From an uncultured bacterium (lineage in GTDB: Bacteria > Muiribacteriota > UBA9980): a DNA stretch of 54,100 nt. The stretch spans positions 16,801 to 70,900 of the forward strand of contig CAYQWL010000002.1 in the NCBI GenBank assembly GCA_964421195.1, written 5' to 3'. Of the stretch, positions 29,424 to 37,355 are shown one piece after another. The position numbers and the translations under genes were made by a program. Under the pieces are notes generated by a model. It searched no databases. It saw nothing but the letters and a program-made list of their open reading frames with translations, and was not told where the DNA came from. Each line of letters starts with the position of its first letter. The first letter of the stretch is position 1.

Positions 29424-29530
29424 CCTTTCATTCTAAAGCATAAGCCATGAATAAAGGGCGATTTCGGAAAAATTTCCGTAATAAGGGTATGAATGGAAAC
29501 GCTCATGCCTCCCGTGTTTGGAAAGAAGAA
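29424..29530 (+). ncRNA. Moco (molybdenum/tungsten cofactor) riboswitch aptamer
   Basis: Contains the Moco-RNA 3' signature GCCTCCCGTGTTTGGAAAG (29507-29525) and a P4 stem GGGTATGA/TCATGCCT (29485-29492/29503-29510) enclosing GGAAAC. Two upstream hairpins; tupA lies downstream in the operon. Confidence 0.8.
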
Positions 29531-29643
29531 AAAGCGCGCGACCGTGTTTTTTCGACTTATGTTTTTATTCAAACTAAAAACGTTTTGTTTTGTTGCGCCT
29601 TCTTACTTTAAACACGAAAAAAATAAGAAGGGATGGTAATGTA

Positions 29644-31275
29644 ATGTTCGGATTGTTTGAAATACCAAAACCGGTCAATGAACCAATTCTCGATTATTCT
29701 AAAGGCGGAAGCGCCGTCGTGGAACTTAAAAGCAGAATCACCGAATTAAAATCAGAAACTATCGAAATACCGCTTATAATAAACGGTAAAGAAGTGCGCA
29801 CCGGAAACTTCGGCTACTGCGTATCGCCGCACGATCACGGCCGCACTCTCGCTAAATTTCACAAAGCCGGCGAAAAAGAAATAGAAGCCGCTATTTCAGC
29901 CGCTATGAACGCGAAAAAAATATGGGACACTTTTACTTATGCTGAAAGGGCCGCGATATTTATGAGAGCGGCCCATCTTCTCTCAACCTCATGGCGCGCG
30001 ACCATTAACGGCGCGACCATGCTCGGTCAGAGTAAAAATGTTTTCCAGGCCGAAATCGATGCCGCATGCGAATCTATAGATTTTTTTAATTTCAACGCTT
30101 ATAACATGGCGTGCATTTATAAAAATCAACTTGATTCGACTAAAGGCGTCTGGAATTATACGGAATACAGGCCGCTCGATGGTTTTGTATTCGCGGTAAC
30201 GCCGTTTAATTTTACGGCCATCGCGTCAAATCTAATTTCAGCCCCGGCGGTAATGGGAAATACGATTGTCTGGAAACCGGCCGTTACAGGCATTTATTCA
30301 TCTTATTTCATAATGAAACTCTTCCAGCAGGCTGGATTGCCGGACGGCGTCGTAAATATGATACCGGGTCCGGGAGCGCTCATCGGTCCCATGGTTATGA
30401 AAAATGAAAACATGGCCGGCATTCATTTTACCGGCAGTACCACGGTGTTTAACGATATGTATAAAACGGTCGGAACGAATATAGCCGGCTATAAATCTTA
30501 TCCGCGCTTAGTCGGCGAAACCGGCGGTAAAGATTTCATATTCGCCCATCCAAGCGCCGATAGAAAAGCCCTCTGTACCGCGCTTATCAGAGGCGCATTC
30601 GAATATCAGGGCCAGAAATGCTCCGCGGCTTCGAGAGCATATATCGCCGAATCGATATGGAAAGAATTAAAAGACATGCTCATATCTGAAGTTAAAACCA
30701 TAAAAATGGGCGATGTGGAAGATTTTTCAGTATTTATGGGCGCCGTCATCGATAAAAGCTCATTCGAAAATATTAAATCATATATCGAGTTCGCCAGAAA
30801 TTCTTCGGACGCCGAAATAATAGCCGGCGGCGGATGCGATATGAGCAAAGGATATTTCGTCGAACCTACCGTCATACTTACTACGAATCCAGAATTTAAA
30901 ACCATGGAAGAGGAAATATTCGGGCCTGTTTTAACCATATATGTTTATAAAGACAATGAATTCGAGAAAACTTTAAAGCTTTGCGACGAAACTTCACCTT
31001 ATGCCCTGACCGGCGCGATATTCGCCGAAGACCGCATCGCGGTCAAAAAAGCTTATGACGCTTTAAGATACAGCGCCGGCAATTTTTATATAAACGACAA
31101 ATGCAGCGGAGCGGTAGTAGGGCAGCAGCCATTCGGCGGAGCGAGAAAATCAGGTACAAATGATAAAGCCGGATCATGGCTTAATTTAGTAAGATGGACA
31201 TCGGCGCGCACCGTAAAAGAAACTTTCTGCCCGCCGCAAAATTATACTTACGATTATATGAACACATGGAGGTAA
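29644..31275 (+). CDS. pruA: Delta-1-pyrroline-5-carboxylate dehydrogenase (L-glutamate gamma-semialdehyde dehydrogenase)
   Basis: NEPILDY, QAEIDAACE, PFNFTAI, HFTGST, ETGGKDF (catalytic E), FEYQGQKCSA (catalytic C), EEIFGP, SGTNDKAG. Start set at ATG 29644; the track gives 29590. Confidence 0.95.
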   Translation: MFGLFEIPKPVNEPILDYSKGGSAVVELKSRITELKSETIEIPLIINGKEVRTGNFGYCVSPHDHGRTLAKFHKAGEKEIEAAISAAMNAKKIWDTFTYAERAAIFMRAAHLLSTSWRATINGATMLGQSKNVFQAEIDAACESIDFFNFNAYNMACIYKNQLDSTKGVWNYTEYRPLDGFVFAVTPFNFTAIASNLISAPAVMGNTIVWKPAVTGIYSSYFIMKLFQQAGLPDGVVNMIPGPGALIGPMVMKNENMAGIHFTGSTTVFNDMYKTVGTNIAGYKSYPRLVGETGGKDFIFAHPSADRKALCTALIRGAFEYQGQKCSAASRAYIAESIWKELKDMLISEVKTIKMGDVEDFSVFMGAVIDKSSFENIKSYIEFARNSSDAEIIAGGGCDMSKGYFVEPTVILTTNPEFKTMEEEIFGPVLTIYVYKDNEFEKTLKLCDETSPYALTGAIFAEDRIAVKKAYDALRYSAGNFYINDKCSGAVVGQQPFGGARKSGTNDKAGSWLNLVRWTSARTVKETFCPPQNYTYDYMNTWR

Positions 31276-31281
31276 TATAAA

Positions 31282-32394
31282 ATGCTCAATAAGTTGATTT
31301 TAATTTCAGGCGCGCTTTTACTGACAATTTCATTATATCTGATTTCCGTTACAAACACGGACAACGGTCATAGCGGAATAATAAAAATAAAAGGCGCGGT
31401 TAAAAACGAAATCAACTTAAGCTTTAATGACCTCGAAGGCATTAAATCCGCTGCAAGGCGGATAAAAATATACGACGATAAAAACGAATATCTCGGTAAT
31501 TACGAATTAGACGGCGTAGCGCTCGGCGAATTACTTTCGCTTGCGGGCGTCGCTAAAAAAACGGACGACGGCTTCGACCGCGAACTCGACATGTACGTCG
31601 TTGTGCGCGGCCGAAGCGGCCGTTCCGCGCTTTTTTCTTACGGCGAAATATTTCTCGACGCAAATTTTAATTCCGTTATTTTAACGAAAAACGCCCGTTT
31701 CATTCTTCCGGACAAACACGAAGATTTAAAGCCGTTTAATTTCAACGACCGCCTCTGGCACAAAGCGCCCGGCGCCCATAACATCGATCTTAAAAATTGC
31801 GCCGCGTGCCATAACGCAAAAGATGAAAGAAAACTTTACTTTCCTCGCGGCTACTGCGTTTATCCCACCTCCGATTCGAGCTCCGAGCGCTTTATCGAAG
31901 ACGCATACGAAATCGAAATTTGCCAGATTGCGCCGCGTGCCATAAAAATGGAAAAGCATAAGGAAAATATGTGGAGCGAATCGATAATTATTAATATTTG
32001 CGGTAAAAACAGCATGGAAATATGGACCGGCTCATTATCCACTTTCTATAAAACCCGATTCATTGAAAATACCATAGGATTGGGAAAAGGATTTCATGGT
32101 AAAAGTGAATTCGAAGGTTATAACATGGCATGCGTTTTAAATCAATTTTGCCCTCCAGCGGATTACGCCATGTCTTATTACGTCATAACCGCAGACGACG
32201 GTTACAGAAGCCTTTTTTCGGCGGCCGAAATTTTTAATTCATCAAAAGGCGCTAATTTATTTCTGGTAGATATCGAAAACGGAGCGGCTCTTAAAAAAGG
32301 CAGCGGCCGTTTTAGAGCATTCATCCGGGAAGACTTTTTTATAGATCGCTGTGTACGGGCGGTAAAAGAAATTCATTATAACCATGCGCAATAA
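31282..32394 (+). CDS. Exported protein with two molybdopterin-oxidoreductase-like domains and one CxxCH motif
   Basis: N-terminal TM/signal; GVALGELLSLAGV and ALFSYGEI in the first half; ADDGYRSLFSAAEI and DRCVRAVKEI in the second; central CAACH. The domain call is by motif resemblance only. Confidence 0.55.
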   Translation: MLNKLILISGALLLTISLYLISVTNTDNGHSGIIKIKGAVKNEINLSFNDLEGIKSAARRIKIYDDKNEYLGNYELDGVALGELLSLAGVAKKTDDGFDRELDMYVVVRGRSGRSALFSYGEIFLDANFNSVILTKNARFILPDKHEDLKPFNFNDRLWHKAPGAHNIDLKNCAACHNAKDERKLYFPRGYCVYPTSDSSSERFIEDAYEIEICQIAPRAIKMEKHKENMWSESIIINICGKNSMEIWTGSLSTFYKTRFIENTIGLGKGFHGKSEFEGYNMACVLNQFCPPADYAMSYYVITADDGYRSLFSAAEIFNSSKGANLFLVDIENGAALKKGSGRFRAFIREDFFIDRCVRAVKEIHYNHAQ

Positions 32395-32423
32395 TACATA
32401 CAATAAAATAAGGAGATAATATA

Positions 32424-33272
32424 ATGAAAAAAAAGAACGCCATACTTTCAATACTATTTTTATCCATGTTAATCCTGTTTTTTTGCCCGAACCGCTTTAT
32501 CGCCGCGCAGGCCGCCGGCGGCGGACTGACTGATGAAACCATAATATTAGCCACGACATACAGCGTTTTCGATACCGGTCTGTTAGACGAACTATTAAAA
32601 GAATTTAAAAGCAAAACCGGCATTTCCGTAAAACCTATCGTCGCAGGATCCGGCGAATCATTAAAACTCGGCGAACGCGGAGAATGCGATATAATTCTCG
32701 CTCATTCTCCGGCGCTCGAAGAAAAATTCATGGAAGAAAAATACGGTAAAGACCGCAAATCATTCGCCCGGAACGAATTTTATATAATAGGCCCGGAATC
32801 CGATCCGGCGGGCGTTAAAAACGCAGCCGATGTTTTTGCGGCTTTTGCCAGACTTGACAGCGCCGGCGTATTTATTTCACGCGGCGATAATTCTGGAACG
32901 CATAATCGTGAAATGTCTATATGGAAGAAAACTGGCGTTTCGAAAAAAGCAGGCTCAAATTACATAATAACGGGGCAGGGAATGGCTGAAACACTTAAAA
33001 TAGCGGATGAAAAACAGGCGTACACGCTCTGTGATTCAGCCACGTTTACCTATATGAATGAAAAGCTGACATTAAAAAAAATATACTCCGATATTAAAAA
33101 TTTATCAAATATTTACAGCGTTATTACAATAAATCCCGAAAAAAACAAACACGCAAAATACGAGCCCGCTAAAAAGTTATACGATTACATACTTTCGGCC
33201 GAAACGCTAAAATTCATAGGTGAATTTGGAAAAGAAAAATTCAATAAACCGCTTTTTAATTTAATGGAGTAA
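32424..33272 (+). CDS. tupA: Tungstate ABC transporter substrate-binding protein TupA (variant TTYS)
   Basis: LATTYSVFDTGLL, GSGESLKLGERGECD, FISRGDNSGTH, GQGM, YTLCD, NIYSVI; signal peptide; AGGAG SD. Confidence 0.88.
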   Translation: MKKKNAILSILFLSMLILFFCPNRFIAAQAAGGGLTDETIILATTYSVFDTGLLDELLKEFKSKTGISVKPIVAGSGESLKLGERGECDIILAHSPALEEKFMEEKYGKDRKSFARNEFYIIGPESDPAGVKNAADVFAAFARLDSAGVFISRGDNSGTHNREMSIWKKTGVSKKAGSNYIITGQGMAETLKIADEKQAYTLCDSATFTYMNEKLTLKKIYSDIKNLSNIYSVITINPEKNKHAKYEPAKKLYDYILSAETLKFIGEFGKEKFNKPLFNLME

Positions 33273-33306
33273 TTAACTGACGGTTTTATTTATCTAATAA
33301 TAAGGC

Positions 33307-33346
33307 TAAAATAAAAAGACGGGTTATAACCCGTCTTTTTATTTTA
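33307..33346. terminator. Bidirectional terminator (perfect 40-bp palindrome)
   Basis: TAAAATAAAAAGACGGGTTA / TAACCCGTCTTTTTATTTTA between convergent tupA and the 33801 gene. Confidence 0.85.
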
Positions 33347-33360
33347 ATTATTCAATTGTT

Positions 33361-33801
33361 TTATTTTTTATCGCCGGCCGCTTCTTTTGCAGGAGGAGTA
33401 TAACTCGAAAGTTTTTCATAAACTCCTTTAGCTTTATCTCTGGTTTCTTCGGCTATTTTAATATTAGATTCGAGCATTTTAATTGTTTCTTTCATTTCAT
33501 CGAGAAGCATCTGTGAATTATCGAGTCTTTTTTTCATATTTTCAAGCATTTTTGCTTTCCGTTTTTCATTAATTTTATTTTCGGAAATAGCGGCTTCGAT
33601 TTTAGTAATCATTTCAGTAATATTAGCGATTCTTTTTTTAAACTGCTCATCTCTTTTGGCCTGCATTTTATCGATTTTTTCTTTTTTTTCTTCAATCGAT
33701 TTTTTTTCTCCGCCCGTCGCCGGCGCCGCATCCTGAGCTAACGCCGCCGTGGAAAAAGACAATAAAAGAGCCGCCGCGATTAATAACCTGAAAAATTTCA
33801 T
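33361..33801 (-). CDS. Secreted coiled-coil hypothetical protein
   Basis: GGAGTGG SD; signal MKFFRLLIAAALLLSFSTAALA; K/E-rich heptads. Confidence 0.8.
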   Translation of the reverse strand: MKFFRLLIAAALLLSFSTAALAQDAAPATGGEKKSIEEKKEKIDKMQAKRDEQFKKRIANITEMITKIEAAISENKINEKRKAKMLENMKKRLDNSQMLLDEMKETIKMLESNIKIAEETRDKAKGVYEKLSSYTPPAKEAAGDKK

Positions 33802-33872
33802 TAAAAAACCACTCCTTTTATATTTTACGCCAGCTTCATTATAAAAATGAAACCCTGCATTTTATAAAAATA

Positions 33873-33902
33873 ATTTTAGCACATAATTTTCTTAATTGTC
33901 AA
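33873..33902 (-). promoter_or_regulatory. Putative sigma-70 promoter for the 33801 gene
   Basis: Minus strand TTGACA-N18-TAAAAT with TG extended -10. Confidence 0.5.
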
Positions 33903-33968
33903 TAAATTTACATATAAAATAAAAAAATCAATGAAAATACGAATTATATCGAAATCTTTTTCTTTATT

Positions 33969-34145
33969 TCAAGACGGCTGTTCTTTTTTTCCAAAAAAAA
34001 TACCGCTTATATCGTCTTTATCGATAAATTCAACCATAAGCTCCCTGAATTTATCCATTATGCCGCATTCGTCAATATCCTGAAAATAAATTGTCGGCTC
34101 TATTTTATCTTTAAAAACCACTTTACAATAAAATTTTTTTTTCAT
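33969..34145 (-). CDS. 58-aa small protein (MKKKFYCKVVFKDKIEPTIYFQDIDECGIMDKFRELMVEFIDKDDISGIFFGKKEQPS)
   Basis: Manual translation. ATGA 4-nt overlap with the stop of the upstream oxidoreductase; protein-like composition; absent from the track (<60 aa). Confidence 0.65.
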   Translation of the reverse strand: MKKKFYCKVVFKDKIEPTIYFQDIDECGIMDKFRELMVEFIDKDDISGIFFGKKEQPS

Positions 34146-35239
34146 GGCCGATACCTCGCCAGCGCGTCACGAATTTCAAACGCAAACTTTTCACATTCAT
34201 CTATGCCTAAACTTTCCGGATAATTTATGTGAAAAACATTTTTCATTTTATCTATTACATCACCGGTAAAATAAATACGACCGGCGGCTATTTTTCGAAT
34301 ACCGTCAAATTCAAGGCTCCGACAATTAATATCTATCGCGCTTTCTAACGTAACTTCCGGCGGCAGTTCTATAGACGCGCCCGAAGCGGAAACGCGCGCG
34401 GGATATCCACCGCACAGGCCAAGTAATCCGGGTATATGCATAAAATAATTTTCATTAAAAATCATAGCCTGTATTATTTTAACTATATCGGAAGCGATCA
34501 TCATATTACGCGGCGGGCCGGACGCGGTTTCGATACGCGACAGATCGAATATTTTCTCATCGCTTAATTCATCGAATTTAGAGCCGTTGACTGTTATACG
34601 CATAAAATAAGGCGAACCTTTAGCCGAAGCTTCGCGCGAAACATAGGTATTTAAAAAATGGCTGCCTATCATTTCCACTTTTACGCTCTCCACCGATATT
34701 TTTTTATAACGCGCAACCGCGGCCTGAATACGCGGAACAAGATGATTAAGATTTCCCGCGCCGCAATGAGGCGCCAACCCGGCGCTCGCAAGAAGCGGAC
34801 ACACTCCGTCGGGAAAGCTCGAATTAATAACTTTAGTTTTAACGCCCGAAATTTTAACGGCGCGCATTAATTTATATATCAGCGGCAGCGAAAGCGCTAT
34901 CCATGCGCCGTAACCGATTCCATTGGGATAGGAATAACCTCCATATTTAACGCCCTTAATAAAACGCGCCGTATAAGCTATTATATCGGGACGATGCGCC
35001 GCAATAATTTCAGCGGTTGAATCGATATCGTTTAAATCCATTTTAATTAAATTTATATCAGGATAAAAACCCATTATAGCGGCCGAAATTTTAATGGTGT
35101 TAACTACGGGCGCGGCGGCTTCTATCGAACGGGTGCCTATAATTATTTTATGGCAGCCGATGCCAGGCACGCGCGACAGATATTCAGTAACGAAAGCGCC
35201 GGCGCTTCCAAAACCAGCGATCAATATTTTTTTATCCAT
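34142..35239 (-). CDS. NAD(P)-binding Rossmann-fold oxidoreductase of uncertain family
   Basis: ILIAGFGSAG dinucleotide-binding motif; VINSSFPD and GAGNLNH loosely resemble LDH/MDH or saccharopine-dehydrogenase-like folds. Confidence 0.65.
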   Translation of the reverse strand: MDKKILIAGFGSAGAFVTEYLSRVPGIGCHKIIIGTRSIEAAAPVVNTIKISAAIMGFYPDINLIKMDLNDIDSTAEIIAAHRPDIIAYTARFIKGVKYGGYSYPNGIGYGAWIALSLPLIYKLMRAVKISGVKTKVINSSFPDGVCPLLASAGLAPHCGAGNLNHLVPRIQAAVARYKKISVESVKVEMIGSHFLNTYVSREASAKGSPYFMRITVNGSKFDELSDEKIFDLSRIETASGPPRNMMIASDIVKIIQAMIFNENYFMHIPGLLGLCGGYPARVSASGASIELPPEVTLESAIDINCRSLEFDGIRKIAAGRIYFTGDVIDKMKNVFHINYPESLGIDECEKFAFEIRDALARYRP

Positions 35240-36009
35240 TCGCAGCTGTTTCCTTTCGCTATATCGTCAATAGTATTTAAATTGATCCATCGGTCATCAT
35301 CGATAAATACCGGAGTAAGCGGATAACGGGCGGCGGCCCTGTTAATCGAAAAAAGACCGTTACGTTTATCCGGCGTTAAACAATTATTGCCTATAACATT
35401 ATACATATAATCATCGAACATTTCAATTAAATACTTCAGGGCGGCGCCGCCGAATTTCCATACCTGCAGGCTTTCGCCCGCGACGTCAAAACCGGGCCGC
35501 ACGAATTTAAAAGCGTCTATATGCGCCTCATCGTATGCGAATTCCCGGATAAAACCTTCGGCGCCGCAGGCAACGACGCTTCGCGCGGGATCGATCGGCG
35601 CGTTTTTACGTACAAGAACGCAGCTATCCGAAGGATGATCGGTTATAAGCCTGAAATTTTCATACGGCATCAATAAATCGGCCTCTACGATCAAAACGGA
35701 ATCAGCATCCACAAGCGATTTTGCAGATAAAGCCATCGAATACTCACAACCGTGAAAATTATAATAACGATTGTAAACGGTGGTAATTTTCATACCATAA
35801 TCTTTCGGCCGGACGAATTTTTCAATAGCATCGCCAAAATGACCGGTAATAATAATTGTTTCTGAAATTAAACGACGCGAAAGACAGTTTAATATATAAT
35901 CAAGAGAATTAGCGCCGCCTACATTTATAAGACATTTAGGCGACATATCCGTAAGCTCGCCCATGCGGCTTCCGACACCCGCCGCAAGAATTAAAGCCTT
36001 TTTATTCAA
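35221..36009 (-). CDS. Nucleotidyltransferase (LicC/phosphocholine cytidylyltransferase-like)
   Basis: LILAAGVGSRMGELTDMSPKCL signature, VEADL, WININTIDD. Confidence 0.85.
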   Translation of the reverse strand: MNKKALILAAGVGSRMGELTDMSPKCLINVGGANSLDYILNCLSRRLISETIIITGHFGDAIEKFVRPKDYGMKITTVYNRYYNFHGCEYSMALSAKSLVDADSVLIVEADLLMPYENFRLITDHPSDSCVLVRKNAPIDPARSVVACGAEGFIREFAYDEAHIDAFKFVRPGFDVAGESLQVWKFGGAALKYLIEMFDDYMYNVIGNNCLTPDKRNGLFSINRAAARYPLTPVFIDDDRWINLNTIDDIAKGNSCEWIKKY

Positions 36010-37355
36010 TCATACCACCCCGCTTTTTCCACTATAGAAATAAATTTTCCGCCGCGCGCGATAAATTTAGCGCAGGAATTCATTATCTCATCGGCATATC
36101 CCGTGGCAAATATTATAATAGTATTTATTTCACGATAATTTTCAAGAATTTCGGGAGCTTTTATAACGATATCAGAACCGGGAATGAATTTATCGTTATA
36201 AAAAGGATTCACGTCGATTACAAATTTTATATCGCCGGAGTCGAAATTGCATGCATTAATAAGTGAAACGCCCCGCTGCCCGGCGCCCCAACCGCATATC
36301 ACGGCGCCTTCACGTCTGGCGCCGGATATAAATTTCTTTAAATTATCATAATATGATTTCATTTCCGAAGCAAAAATCTTTAGCCTGTCAGGGCTTAGCA
36401 ATTCCGGCTCACAGGAAAATACGGGCGCGATATTAAAAACGGCATTTCGAGCGTAAATACTATCGTTAAAAACCGCGTATATTAAAACGGAACCGCCTTC
36501 GAGATTGTTTTTTACGGCTTCGATAACCTGTAAACCATGTTTTTCGAGAAGAAATTTAAGGTTCGTCAGGGAAAAATATGAAAGATGTTCATGAAAAAAA
36601 GCATAAAACTGTTTTTGCGCTATAATATCGCCGGCCCATGGGACTTCAAGCGCGAAAACCCCGTAAGAGCGATTAAGCAAACATTTAACGCCCCGCATAA
36701 CGGAATCGAAATCGTTTAAATGTTCGAGAACATGACGCATTATAATCACATCCGCGCACGCGCGGCCGGGAGATGATATTCCGCTTTCTTTAGAAGAAAC
36801 AGCGTACTTTAAAAATAATCGCGAAAGTTTCCGTACGGAGTCTTTAGTAAAATAATCATTTATTATATGCACATTCTCGCCGGCGGCGGCGCTCAATCCT
36901 GAAGAAGGCTCGAAACCCGAAGCGAAAACGCCGCGCGAGGCGAAACATTCAAGCAACGCGCCTTCACCGCAGCCAATTTCAACGGCCGAACAGGGTGAAA
37001 ATTTATTAATTATATCCGCGCAAAGCCATTCGGCGTATTTTTTAAAACCGCCGGCATAGGCCGGAGTATAAATATATTTTTTATAAATATCGGGAGGCAC
37101 TATATCTACGAGCTGGATCAACCCGCAGCGGCGGCAATAATAAACATCGAGCGGAAAGCATCTGCCGCCGGCGTCTTCATCTGATGCCGCCGGGGAATTT
37201 AAAAAAATACCGGCACGCCGGCCGTTTTCAATTTTAAGCGCGCGCGCGGGTTTATCAACCGGTTCACCCGCCAGCGCAGCCGCGGGAAGAGAAAGAAACA
37301 GCGATAAACTTTTTCCGCCGCAAAGACGGCATTTTTCATTTTTATCAAATATCAC
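36006..37355 (-). CDS. NDP-sugar C-methyltransferase-like SAM methyltransferase (Zn-binding N-terminus)
   Basis: CRLCG and CRRCGLIQL Zn sites, EIGCGEG, HVLEH, HEHLSYFS, C-terminal GWGAGQRG. Confidence 0.85.
   Translation of the reverse strand: MIFDKNEKCRLCGGKSLSLFLSLPAAALAGEPVDKPARALKIENGRRAGIFLNSPAASDEDAGGRCFPLDVYYCRRCGLIQLVDIVPPDIYKKYIYTPAYAGGFKKYAEWLCADIINKFSPCSAVEIGCGEGALLECFASRGVFASGFEPSSGLSAAAGENVHIINDYFTKDSVRKLSRLFLKYAVSSKESGISSPGRACADVIIMRHVLEHLNDFDSVMRGVKCLLNRSYGVFALEVPWAGDIIAQKQFYAFFHEHLSYFSLTNLKFLLEKHGLQVIEAVKNNLEGGSVLIYAVFNDSIYARNAVFNIAPVFSCEPELLSPDRLKIFASEMKSYYDNLKKFISGARREGAVICGWGAGQRGVSLINACNFDSGDIKFVIDVNPFYNDKFIPGSDIVIKAPEILENYREINTIIIFATGYADEIMNSCAKFIARGGKFISIVEKAGWYD

Noticed and set aside
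29348-29572. 74-aa minus-strand ORF in the track
   Set aside because: It is antisense to the promoter and Moco aptamer; the RNA element explains the sequence better.
29590-31275. Bifunctional PutA, and the 29590 start
   Set aside because: Only the ALDH domain is present (no proline dehydrogenase barrel). The N-terminal extension overlaps the leader hairpins, so ATG 29644 is preferred.
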